From contig JBAZRV010000001.1 in NCBI GenBank assembly GCA_041662745.1, positions 384 through 64,383 of the forward strand: 64,000 nucleotides of DNA, written 5' to 3'. The notes under the pieces were generated by a model. It saw only the letters and a program-made list of their open reading frames with translations. It was not told the DNA's origin and made no database searches. This DNA comes from Patescibacteria group bacterium. GTDB taxonomy: Bacteria > Patescibacteriota > Patescibacteriia > 2-01-FULL-39-33. Below are positions 28,268-38,300 of the stretch, one piece after another (within the stretch, counting starts at the first letter, position 1; each line of letters opens with the position of its first letter). Made by a program: the position numbers and the translations under genes.

Positions 28268-29404
28268 TTATTTTCCGACAAAAATTGTCCGCTCTTTGGT
28301 GGTTTTAGCCAGATCAACCGTTCGCTTGACCATTTCTTTGGTGATATCGCGGCCGCCCAAGCCCATGATGGCGCCGACGATTTTGGCTTGGCTTTGGCCG
28401 TAAAAAGCGCGGCGGATTTCTCCGGCCAGTATTCCCTCCTCGCCCAAGGAGACCGATTTATCAATTACTAAAATATTCTTCTTGGCGCCGATCAATTTAA
28501 ATATCTCTTCGGTCGGGAAAGGCCGCAGACCGCTAACTTTCACTACGCCGATTTTTTTGCCGGACTTTTTCAATTCATCCGCCGCCTCTTTGATCGTTCC
28601 CAAAACCGAACCCATGGCCACTACCACCGTATCGGCGTTCTTATCGCCGTAATAATCAACCAAAGAAAGCCGGCGACCGAACACCTTTGTAAACTCCGCC
28701 ATCTCCTTGGCGATTAATTTTTTGCTAGCCGCCAAATCAGCATGCAACTCCTGGCGGATTTCCATATAATGCGCCGGCGTAGCAAAAGCGCCTAAAGTCA
28801 AAGGATTTTTTACGTCTAATTTTTCTGACGCCTTAAAATCCGGCAGATACTTTTTGATCTGTTTGCTTTCCGGAATTTCCACCGGTTCAACCACGTGGGT
28901 CAGGATAAAGCCGTCCAAATTAACCATGACCGGAATAAGTGCTTGCTCGGCCACCTTGTAGGCCAATACATGCAAATCCACCGTTTCTTGCATATCTTCG
29001 CCATACAACATAATCCAGCCGGCATCGCGCATCGTTACGGCATCCTGCTGGTCGTTCCAAATATTGATCGGCGCCGAAATGGCGCGATTGGCGTCAGTCA
29101 TAACAATGGGCAAACGCATGCCCGCGACATTGAATATGACCTCGGTCATTAATAATAAGCCTTGTGAAGAGGTGGCGGTGTAAGTGCGCGCGCCGGCGGC
29201 TGAAGCGCCGACCAATATGGATAAAGCGGCGAATTCGCTCTCCGACCGGACATACTCGTAATCCGCCTCGCCGTCAGCCTTAAGCTTGGCCAAATCTTCA
29301 ACGATATGCGTTTGGGGCGTAATCGGATAAGCCGAAATCACGCCCACGCCGATATTCCTGATTGTTTCCGCGATCGCTCGCGATCCTTCCAATATTTTTT
29401 TCAT
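28268..29404 (-). CDS. porA: Pyruvate/2-oxoacid:ferredoxin oxidoreductase alpha subunit
   Basis: MKKILEGSRAIAETIRNIGVGVISAYPITPQT…, typical PorA/KorA. Confidence 0.85.
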   Translation of the reverse strand: MKKILEGSRAIAETIRNIGVGVISAYPITPQTHIVEDLAKLKADGEADYEYVRSESEFAALSILVGASAAGARTYTATSSQGLLLMTEVIFNVAGMRLPIVMTDANRAISAPINIWNDQQDAVTMRDAGWIMLYGEDMQETVDLHVLAYKVAEQALIPVMVNLDGFILTHVVEPVEIPESKQIKKYLPDFKASEKLDVKNPLTLGAFATPAHYMEIRQELHADLAASKKLIAKEMAEFTKVFGRRLSLVDYYGDKNADTVVVAMGSVLGTIKEAADELKKSGKKIGVVKVSGLRPFPTEEIFKLIGAKKNILVIDKSVSLGEEGILAGEIRRAFYGQSQAKIVGAIMGLGGRDITKEMVKRTVDLAKTTKERTIFVGK

Positions 29405-29405
29405 A

Positions 29406-29681
29406 TTATTTCTCTTCCTCCCTCATGGTTATGGCCTTGACCGGACAGACTTCGGCGCAAATACCGCAACCCTTACACCAATCCAAATCCTTTTCGTAAA
29501 AAAACTTGCCGGCCCGATTTTTATCGCCCGTCTTAAAACAAATGCCTTCCGGACAGACCTGCTCGCACAAACTGCAACCGATGCATTTCTCATGATCAAT
29601 CTCCGGATAATGGCTTTCCCGCCAATTGCCTGTCTTGACTTGGCTGGCGGTGCCGGGCTGGGCTGTTATTTTTATCTTCAT
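29406..29681 (-). CDS. porD: PFOR delta subunit (2×[4Fe-4S] ferredoxin)
   Basis: CIGCSLCEQVCP … CKGCGICAEVCP. Confidence 0.85.
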   Translation of the reverse strand: MKIKITAQPGTASQVKTGNWRESHYPEIDHEKCIGCSLCEQVCPEGICFKTGDKNRAGKFFYEKDLDWCKGCGICAEVCPVKAITMREEEK

Positions 29682-29682
29682 A

Positions 29683-30225
29683 CTAATTATTACTGATTAT
29701 TTCATATCCTTTCTTGGCGGCAATAATGTTCTTATCCGCCAACTCTCCGCTGAAACGATTTCTAATCGCTTGTTCTATCGCCGTCATCTTGATCGTGCCG
29801 ATGAGCCCGGCAAAAGCGCCGAGCATAATCGTATTGATTATGGGCCGTCCCAAAACTTCCTTGGCAATATCGGTTGCGGCCAATGATTTGACTCTGATCC
29901 CGCGAGGCAGTTTGGCCGTCAACTCCGTTTCTTTGGTGTTAACCAAAACCACCGCTCCGGCTTTCAAGTCGGATAGCAGTTTTTCGTCGTTAAGCAACGA
30001 AGGATCCTGAACAATGGCGTAATCAGGAGCGTAAACTTGGCTGCGCAAACGAATCGGCTTGTTGTCCAAACGCACAAAAGCCATCACCGGCGCGCCGCGT
30101 CGCTCCACGCCAAAACTGGGAAAGGCCTGCGCCTCCTGACCGGAATAAAAAGCGGCTTCCGCCAGAAGTTCCGCCAAAGTTACCGAGCCCTGGCCGCCGC
30201 GGCCGTGTATTCTTACTTCTAGCAT
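29683..30225 (-). CDS. porG: PFOR gamma subunit
   Basis: MLEVRIHGRGGQGSVTLAELLAEAAFYSGQEAQAFPSFGVERRGAPV. Confidence 0.85.
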   Translation of the reverse strand: MLEVRIHGRGGQGSVTLAELLAEAAFYSGQEAQAFPSFGVERRGAPVMAFVRLDNKPIRLRSQVYAPDYAIVQDPSLLNDEKLLSDLKAGAVVLVNTKETELTAKLPRGIRVKSLAATDIAKEVLGRPIINTIMLGAFAGLIGTIKMTAIEQAIRNRFSGELADKNIIAAKKGYEIISNN

Positions 30226-30227
30226 AA

Positions 30228-31094
30228 TTATTTGATTCCTTTATATAATTTAATCAATTCTTCCCAAGTATTCAGGGGTACGGCTCCCTCCAGCTTCTTG
30301 CCGTTAACATAAAAGGTGGGAGTGCCGCGAGCGCCCAGATCCAAAGCATCGGCAATATCCTCGGTTACCTTTGGCTGATATTTCAATGACTTCAAGCAAT
30401 TATTAAACTTCGCCAGATTAAGGCCGGAGGATTTGATGATGGCGTTGAATTCTTCCTCATTATTGAAATTTCCTTGTTGCAAAAATAAGCGGTCATGAAA
30501 CGGCCAGAACTTGCCTTGCTCTTGGGCGCAGTAACCGGCTTGAGCCAAAACCATGGAATCGTCGCCCTTGACCGGATAATTACGGAAGATAAACAGAATG
30601 TCTTGTTCGTATTTATTGGCGATAGTGCGAATAACGGAAAACTCTTCTTGGCAAACCGGACACTGAAAATCGGCGAACTCCACAATAACCAATTGAGCGT
30701 TGATATTTCCCAAATAGGGACGATCGATTTTTTCCGCCTTTTGCCGGGCCGGACTTTTTTCAAGAGAAGAACTGATGCTGGAAGACGCGGCGGCAATCGT
30801 ATTGTCAATGGTAGAACTGACAATATTAAAAAACAGCGCCTCAGTAGTGGTTGACTGGGTGGTAATACCGTTAGGGATCTGGTCCAATAACTGTTCCAAA
30901 AGCGGATTACCGGCCAAAGTCTGACCGTTCTCGGCTTGGCCGGCAAAATCCAATATCTCACGCATTTTCTGCTCTCGCGACGCCACCTCTACTGCCACCA
31001 AGGCAAAGAATCCCAACGCCACTAGAACAGCCGCGCCAAGCAAAATTATTTTCCACCAATTGCGCTGGCGGTTGTCAAGCGACGAATAATCCAT
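30228..31094 (-). CDS. DsbA-like thiol:disulfide oxidoreductase, membrane-anchored
   Basis: N-terminal TM; thioredoxin-fold CPVC active site (ADFQCPVCQ). Confidence 0.75.
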   Translation of the reverse strand: MDYSSLDNRQRNWWKIILLGAAVLVALGFFALVAVEVASREQKMREILDFAGQAENGQTLAGNPLLEQLLDQIPNGITTQSTTTEALFFNIVSSTIDNTIAAASSSISSSLEKSPARQKAEKIDRPYLGNINAQLVIVEFADFQCPVCQEEFSVIRTIANKYEQDILFIFRNYPVKGDDSMVLAQAGYCAQEQGKFWPFHDRLFLQQGNFNNEEEFNAIIKSSGLNLAKFNNCLKSLKYQPKVTEDIADALDLGARGTPTFYVNGKKLEGAVPLNTWEELIKLYKGIK

Positions 31095-31213
31095 AATTGT
31101 TATCTTGATTATAACAACTTTTACCCGGAATTGCCACTATTTGATTTTGGAATCGCCACTGCTTGATTTTTCCGGCTCAAGAGTTATAATTCATACAAAT
31201 AACAATAAAAATA

Positions 31214-31410
31214 TGCTAAATCCCGAAAGTGGCGACAGGGGGCGCCATATCTACGCCAATAAAAATGGCGAGGACGTTTACGAAGCCACCCCGCCATCCG
31301 GCCAAGTCGGCCAGGCAGAGACACCCGAATGGGAACGCGACTTCCACAAGCGCTTTGCCGGGCTCGGCCAAAAAAACAAAAGAAAAACTATTTACGATAA
31401 AACGGAATAG
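31214..31410 (+). CDS. Hypothetical small protein (65 aa)
   Basis: Internal Met of the 101-aa track ORF; followed by terminator 31435-31466 (ATCCTCTTG-attta-CAAGAGGAT-TTTTT). Confidence 0.3.
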
Positions 31411-31447
31411 CGCCGAATTATAATCTGTGACTTAAAATCCTCTTGAT

Positions 31448-32662
31448 TTAGCAAGAGGATTTTTTAGAGGATTTTTTATCGGCAATTTTATTTGAACGCG
31501 ACCCGGCGAAACGATTAAACAGCCAACCCAAAAGCAATAAGCCGGCCAGCCAAACAACGGTTAGCAACGCCGGCGGCAGAAATTCCAACCAGTCGCTGTA
31601 ACGGCTGATAATCGGCCAATGCCATAAATAAATTTCAAACGAATAAATGCCGAAAACTTCTAATAGGACGAATTTGACTTTTTTAAGGATAAATACCAAT
31701 ACCAGGCACAACATAGTAAACAGGGCGATCACTTGCTCAGGCCAAACCCCGTGTCCGACACCCGAATAATAAGCGGTATAAATAGCGGCAACGATAAAAA
31801 TAACAAGCAAAAACCAACGCCAATAATCAGACTGGGACCTGAAACGCGCTAAAACTCCGGCCAGCCGCTTTCTCTTGCCGATTATAGCGAACCAAGACTT
31901 GATTTTTTCCGCCGCCGCTCGAGGCCGGCACTTATCGCGGCGAAGGCATGACCGGCAAACCGCTTGAGGAGAAACCAAAAGCAAAGCGAATAAAACGCCC
32001 AGGGGAAAGGCCAGCGAATGCACCTGATAAAATTTTAAAACTTGATCGGAGACCGGCCAACCCGGCCAGAAAGCCAAAAAGCTTACAGCCGTAATCGCTA
32101 TCGCCGAAAACCAAGGATGCTTGGGCCGAAAGATCAAGGGGAATAATAAATAATAAAAAATCAGTGGCGTCAAAAACCATAAAGGCGAATTAAGCGAAGT
32201 CCACAAATTAGCGATCGGAAAAAATCCGATAAATGACAGGACGACTTCCGTAAGCGGATAAAAACGATTAAGCAACCAAGCGTCTAAGCCCAAAAATAAA
32301 ATCAAAGACAGCCATAACGGCCAATAAACTTTCAATATCCGTTTCTTATAAAACTGTCCGATCGTTTTGGGATGGTAAATAGCCGAGGCTGCTAAGCCGT
32401 AACCGGACAAGAAAAAAAACAAGTTGACAGCCACACCGCCCCAAATCCCCAAGGGGAATAAAAAATCAGTGCCGTAAAACTTGCCATAAGTCAAATGAGT
32501 AAAAATCACGCCCAAAATCGCCAAACCGCGCAGTTCATTGGATATCTCCTTAGGCAAAAGGCCGGGAGCGATCCGGCGACGCGCGGAAATAAAAACCGCC
32601 GTGCCCAAAAGCGCTAAAAAGATAGCGGTTTGGCCGGCGATGTAATTACTGAATAATATCAT
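31448..32662 (-). CDS. Acyltransferase family 3 (OafA-like) membrane protein
   Basis: ~10 TM helices; conserved N-terminal …GLAILGVIFTHL…. Confidence 0.75.
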   Translation of the reverse strand: MILFSNYIAGQTAIFLALLGTAVFISARRRIAPGLLPKEISNELRGLAILGVIFTHLTYGKFYGTDFLFPLGIWGGVAVNLFFFLSGYGLAASAIYHPKTIGQFYKKRILKVYWPLWLSLILFLGLDAWLLNRFYPLTEVVLSFIGFFPIANLWTSLNSPLWFLTPLIFYYLLFPLIFRPKHPWFSAIAITAVSFLAFWPGWPVSDQVLKFYQVHSLAFPLGVLFALLLVSPQAVCRSCLRRDKCRPRAAAEKIKSWFAIIGKRKRLAGVLARFRSQSDYWRWFLLVIFIVAAIYTAYYSGVGHGVWPEQVIALFTMLCLVLVFILKKVKFVLLEVFGIYSFEIYLWHWPIISRYSDWLEFLPPALLTVVWLAGLLLLGWLFNRFAGSRSNKIADKKSSKKSSC

Positions 32663-33392
32663 AAATCAAATCAGCCCACAGGGCGTAACCCCTGTCCGAG
32701 GGGTGGAATCTGTCTGCCGAGTATGCACCGGAAACGGCCTTCTGATCGGCGCTAAACGGCTTAGCCGAGATGGTATGCAAATCAATCAGCTTCACTCCGG
32801 TTTCTTGCGCCACTTCGGCGATAACGGCATTATATTCTTTAAGCTCTAATTCAAAATACCAATTGTAAGGCGGCAGGACCAAGTCCCGGGCGCCCAAGTA
32901 GGGCAAATTAATCAGATATATCTGCGCCTGGGCGATTTGTTGCAATGACCTGACCGCGGTCTCCAGATTGCTTTTGAACTTTTCTCGCGGCACAAAATTA
33001 TGCATGTCATTGGTGCCGATGAATAAAGTAATCATTTGGGGTTGCATCTGTCCGGCAGCAATGACTTGGCCGGTCAGAATATCAAAGCTGGTGGCCCCGG
33101 GTACGCCTAAATTATTGACAATGACTTGCACTCCGGAAGCGGCGGCTATTTTCTGCGCCAAAGCCCCGGGCAAAGAAGTAGCGGCGGAAGTCGCTCCCAC
33201 GCCGGCTGTCAATGAATCGCCTATGGCCACATAAGTCATCCTTTGCCCTTTTTCTTCAGTCATATAGTTTTTTTCTGCCGGCGGACTGATTAATTCAAAT
33301 TTTGAATAAATATAAGCATAAGCGCGATTGAGATAGATGCCGATCAGCGCGACAATTATGATAATAATGATTAAATTCTTATGCTTAGCCAT
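32646..33392 (-). CDS. SGNH/GDSL-family hydrolase
   Basis: N-terminal TM; GDSLTAG block I and GTND block III. Confidence 0.75.
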   Translation of the reverse strand: MAKHKNLIIIIIIVALIGIYLNRAYAYIYSKFELISPPAEKNYMTEEKGQRMTYVAIGDSLTAGVGATSAATSLPGALAQKIAAASGVQVIVNNLGVPGATSFDILTGQVIAAGQMQPQMITLFIGTNDMHNFVPREKFKSNLETAVRSLQQIAQAQIYLINLPYLGARDLVLPPYNWYFELELKEYNAVIAEVAQETGVKLIDLHTISAKPFSADQKAVSGAYSADRFHPSDRGYALWADLIYDIIQ

Positions 33393-33435
33393 GGCTTTAT
33401 CTTAGCAAATTGGAGGCAAAAAAACAAAAACTCCG

Positions 33436-33467
33436 GCAATTAAAAACACCGTCCCCGAGAGGACGGT
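33436..33467 (-). terminator. Rho-independent terminator (minus strand)
   Basis: CACCGTCC-tctcgg-GGACGGTG + TTTTTAATTG on the minus strand. Confidence 0.65.
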
Positions 33468-33480
33468 GCTACAAACGATC

Positions 33481-34134
33481 TTAATAAGACGAGGCCAAAA
33501 GCCGCAGATTCTCCAAAGCTTTGTCGCGCCTTGAAATAAACTCCGCTTTGGATTGAGGTGATAACCCCGCCTCCAAATCGGCATTCTTATAAATACACGA
33601 TAGCGCTGTAAAAACCAAACAAAGAATAGAAATATCGGCTTTACAACTACCGCCAGAACGGTTAATACTGTCAATAATCTCTTGTGTTTCCCGCTCAATT
33701 CTCCTTAGTACATCTTGCCGGATAGCTACGTCATGATTGACCACCGCTAATTCCAAATCATCCCTCGGATCATTAGTACAATAAGCGCGAATAAGCATGA
33801 TATCGGAAACAATCACTAATTCTTCCAGGGTGCGAGCCGTTTTAATTAGAGAATCTATAATGACTCGTTCCCAATCCAGACCCGAATAAACCTTCCGATA
33901 AAGCTTGTGCCAATCGGAAAAAGAACTGGCCGTTTCCATTAGGCGACGCTTAAGCGGATCGGTAAACAAATCAAAATTGCTGAAATCTGAATGAAAATGC
34001 TCCAAGTATTTTTCCAGATCGGCGAAGGTCAAATTCTTTAAGAAACTTTCAATTGACATAAAACGCTTCTCGGCAATCTTGTGAGCCATTCTCAGGCCAA
34101 CCAAATCAACCAAACATTTAACGCTCATAGCCAT
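33481..34134 (-). CDS. Hypothetical protein (218 aa)
   Basis: Start chosen at MAMSV with SD AAAAGGAG 8 nt upstream; no domain recognised. Confidence 0.5.
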   Translation of the reverse strand: MAMSVKCLVDLVGLRMAHKIAEKRFMSIESFLKNLTFADLEKYLEHFHSDFSNFDLFTDPLKRRLMETASSFSDWHKLYRKVYSGLDWERVIIDSLIKTARTLEELVIVSDIMLIRAYCTNDPRDDLELAVVNHDVAIRQDVLRRIERETQEIIDSINRSGGSCKADISILCLVFTALSCIYKNADLEAGLSPQSKAEFISRRDKALENLRLLASSY

Positions 34135-34181
34135 CAATAATCTCCTTTTGTTGCTAGGAAGCATTCGCTGTCCTCAATGTG

Positions 34182-35162
34182 CTAACACGCCGGAGCAAAA
34201 CCCACAGCCGAACCGAAATTTGCCCTGATCAAAATCCGATATGCTTCACAAAAAACTTGAGACTCCGGTGAATCGGAAGCGCAACTGGAAGCGCTTCTGA
34301 AAGAAGCCGACAAACAAAAATCAATACGCCTCTCCAGTGGAACATCGCAAGGACGTTCATGGCTCTCGCCGGGCGAATATTCGGTACCGGGACAATTAAT
34401 GCCCAGACAGCCGGGCTGGCCGATAAGATCCGGATGAGTCAGTAAAGCGGCGGCCATAACATAATGACATAAGCCGAATTCACTTTCACCATACCGTTCC
34501 TTTACATATCTAATGCTGGCCCCGCGCCATCTCATGCCGAAGTTAACCGGAATTACCAGATAATCACCGAGCAGATACTCATCCAGTTGCCCCAAAAAAC
34601 CGCGAGTCCTGGCGGTAGGACGAAGATGGCCATTGTATTTGACTTCTTCAACAAAACGTCCAAGAGGCATAATCTTATTAAGCAACCCAAATAATTCTCC
34701 CGCCGCCTTATAATACCCGCCCAAACAGGAAAACTTGGGAACAACGAGATCAAGCTCAAGCTTCTGGGGCAACTCCCGTTCCTCAAGATGCCTGTTTCCG
34801 CAAAGCTCATAGACATGCGAAGCATCTAAATTCCCGGTCAACTCCAGTCGGCGCCAAAAGTTAAGCTGTTCTCTTACTGAGCGTCGCCGAAAATTACGCG
34901 GGTAAGTGAAATTTGAATCCACTCGTTCATTGGCATGGGGCAGTTTATCGGCATCAGGATCTTCATAACGCCCCTCAATCAAACCCTGCAAGGGCTTCTT
35001 AACCGATTTTGGATCAATGGTTCTTTCCCTAATGCGACGATGCAAATCCGCCGTTTGGTCAAAAACTTTCAGCCGAGCCATTTCCCGCTCAAGCTCCCTA
35101 CTTTTCTCTTCCGCCTCTTTCAACCGTCGTCCTGCTTCGTCTGCGACATTTTTTTCTGTCAT
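34182..35162 (-). CDS. Hypothetical protein (326 aa), Cys-rich C-terminus
   Basis: SD AAAGGAG upstream of ATG; coiled-coil N-terminus; C-terminal …CLGINCPG…C…C…C. Confidence 0.5.
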   Translation of the reverse strand: MTEKNVADEAGRRLKEAEEKSRELEREMARLKVFDQTADLHRRIRERTIDPKSVKKPLQGLIEGRYEDPDADKLPHANERVDSNFTYPRNFRRRSVREQLNFWRRLELTGNLDASHVYELCGNRHLEERELPQKLELDLVVPKFSCLGGYYKAAGELFGLLNKIMPLGRFVEEVKYNGHLRPTARTRGFLGQLDEYLLGDYLVIPVNFGMRWRGASIRYVKERYGESEFGLCHYVMAAALLTHPDLIGQPGCLGINCPGTEYSPGESHERPCDVPLERRIDFCLSASFRSASSCASDSPESQVFCEAYRILIRANFGSAVGFAPAC

Positions 35163-35344
35163 GACGAATTCTCCTTTGTCAAAGTCCTTGCCCTGTTGGC
35201 ACTATGCCGCTTGGGCCAAGCGAAATCCTAAACCATTAGGATATCAAATAATAATACCAAATCTAATAAATCCTGTCAATAATCGCAGTTTAACCAAAAA
35301 GCGGCCGTCACCGACCGCTTCTCTTAGTAAAAAATATTTACCGA

Positions 35345-38300
35345 CTAAAGCTTTTCAATTTTTATCTTTACTTTTTCGCCGTTAATACTGACTGCCTTGG
35401 CATCGCTATCAGCCTCTATGATTTCCTGAGTTAGGGTGGATTTTTTCAATTCCTCATTAAGCAGAGCATCGCCAAAGACTTTTTTAACCGTTTCTCCTTC
35501 ACTCTGCCAGCTCAGTTTAATCCGGTCTTTAATGGTCAAGCCGGCATCCTTGCGCAAGGTATTAACAGTCCTGACAAATTCGCGCCAAGCGCCTTCAACT
35601 TTCAATTCATCAGTCAGATCGGTATCCAATTCCAATTTAATCTCCGTCCCGCCGGCAAACTCTAAATTCTTAAGATTCAGTTTGTCCTTAATCAAATTTA
35701 TGAGTTGCTGTTTATATGGTTCTTCGGCTAACGCCAAACCGAAAACCGTGGCCTTGTTAAGCGGTTGCCTGATTTTTATCTTAGCTTCGGCGCGGGCGGC
35801 TAAGCCCAACTCTTCTATGGCAGCGGCCAAACCCATCTGCTCTTTCAATTTGTCGCTGTAAGCGCTCGCCTCCTTGCTACCGTATAATTCCTTATCAATT
35901 TCCGGCCAACTCTCCAAATGGACCGATTCCTTCTCACCGCCGATCTGTTTGTAAACGTATTCGGCGACAAAGGGCGTAAAGGGTGCCATGATCTTGGATA
36001 ATTCCAGCAGGACGAGCCGGAAAGTGGCGATGGCTTGATTCTTGTCCGCTTCATCATCGCCCTTCAAGCGTTCGCGCGACGATTGCAGCCAACGAGTGGA
36101 GAACTCGTCTATGAATTCAGCCAAGGGGCGGGTGGCGCGGGGCAAATCATAAGCTTCCATGTTCTTGGTCACTTCCAAAAGCAACAGATTTAACTTTACC
36201 GACAGCCATTTATCCAAAATATTATCGCTTTTAACCGGCTCGGACGCCGCTGTCCCAGAAACTTCGTATAACTTATAAAAACTCAGAATATTATTCAACA
36301 GCATGGTAACCTTTTGCATTGCTTCTTTGACGGCGTCATCGGAAAAATTCAAATTTTCCGCAGTCATGACTGGCGCGGTCAAAAGATAAAAACGCAAGGC
36401 GTCGGCGCCGTATTTGTCCATGATTATTTCCGGTTCCGTGTAATTCTGCAAGCGCTTAGACATCTTCTTGCCGTCTTCAGCCAGAACAATGCCGTTGACA
36501 ATGACGTTTTTGAACGCTTCGCTGTCTCGTACGGCTGTAGCAATGATGTGGAGATAATAAAACCAAGCGCGCGTCTGATCCACGCCTTCGGCAATAAATT
36601 GCGCCGGAAAACCGGCCAGGAATTTCTCCTGATTCTCAAACGGATAATGCTGTTGGGCGTAAGGCATGGAACCGGAATCAAACCAAGTGTCCAGCACATC
36701 GGGAATTCTCGTCATTTTTTGGCCGCATTCTTGACAAACAATCTGCCATTGGTCCACGAAATGCTTATGCAAATCGGTTATCTTCTGTTTTATCTCCAGC
36801 ACTTGCCCTTTCTCCACCGCCAAATCCCTAAAGGTTTGGCTCGGTTCGTAGCCGTAAAGCCTGCCCAAAAACGACTTGATCGTGTCTTCGTGGCTGACCA
36901 ATAAAATATTCTTGCCTTCGTACTTTTCATTCAATTCTTGATACAGGGCCAGGGTCCGCTCCGTCACTTGCCGAACGCTTTCACCGGCCGGATAAGCATT
37001 ATCCCAATCGCTTTTCCATTTGGCGATAACCGCCTTGGCTTTATCGTCAACATCGGATTGTTCTTCCAGCTCGCCGGCATCAAGCTCGTTCAAGCGGGCG
37101 TCAAAAACCAGCTCTGCGCCCGTAACTTCGGCGATGAGCTGAGCCGTTTCCTTGGCGCGCAAGACTTCGGAAGAAACGATCAAATCAATTTTTTTATCTT
37201 TCAATCCGTCGGCGGCAACTTTAATTTGTTCTCGGCCGTTAGCTGTCAATGAGTAAACACCCAAACCGCTGCTGAACACGTGTTTAATATTCTTTTCCGC
37301 TTCGCCATGCCTGATGGCGAAAAAATTATTCCGATCTATTTTCAGCTCTTCCAGCTCAGCCACGCTGCCGATGACTTTTATTTCACCGCACTGGCACCGC
37401 CACAGCGGAATGACGCTGGCCCAAAATCGCTGACGGGAAATTGACCAGTCGCGCGCGCCCTCCAGCCATTTGCCGAAACGGCCTTCCTTAATATGCGCCG
37501 GCGACCAATTAATATTCTTGGCGGTTTCCAACGCCTTCGCTTTGATGTCTGTTACTTTGACAAACCAGGAACTGGTGGCGTAATTGATCAGCGGCGTATC
37601 GCACCGCCAGCAATGCGGGTAGCTATGTTCGTATTCGGCGCTGGCAAAAAGCAGTTTGTGTCTGTCCAGATATTCAATGACTTTTTTGTCGGTTGCCTTG
37701 GTATCTTCCGCCGGCTTGACATTCAGGCCGGCAAAATCAGCCACTTCATCCTTAAAATTCCCTGCCAAGGTCACATTCTGAATGAAAGCCAAATTTTCTT
37801 CTTGGCCCAATTGCATATCTTCTTCACCATAAGCCGGAGCGATATGCACTACGCCGGTGCCATCATCGGTGGTGACGAAATCAGCGGCTACGATAGTGTA
37901 TAAATTTTCTTTATTGGGCAAATCTTTGTCTAAATAATATGGGAATAACGGCTTATACTCTTTGCCAATCAATTCTGAACCCTTGAACTTGTCCAAAACC
38001 CGGACTTGCTGGCCGGCAAAAACTTTCTCCAAAAGCGCTTCAGCCAAAATCAATTTTTCACCGGGTCTGACCACTGACATCGTAGCAGTTATCTTATTCC
38101 CGCCTTCAACATCATAAGCTTCCATTTTCTTATTGGCGCCAGAACTGACGACAACATAGTCAATATCTTTTCCCACCGCAAGCGCCACATTGCCCGGCAG
38201 AGTCCAAGGCGTGGTCGTCCAAGCCAAAACATAAGCGCCCGGCTCATCAACCAACTCAAATTTAGCCGTCACCGACAAATCCTTAATATCCTTATAACCC

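Noticed and set aside
31932-32180. 82-aa ORF inside the acyltransferase gene and 30392..30961 ORF inside the DsbA-like gene
   Set aside because: Out-of-frame shadow ORFs within confidently assigned genes.
33402-33698. 98-aa ORF 33402..33698 (-)
   Set aside because: Overlaps the better-supported 33481..34134 gene, which has an SD and a downstream terminator, and runs across that terminator hairpin.
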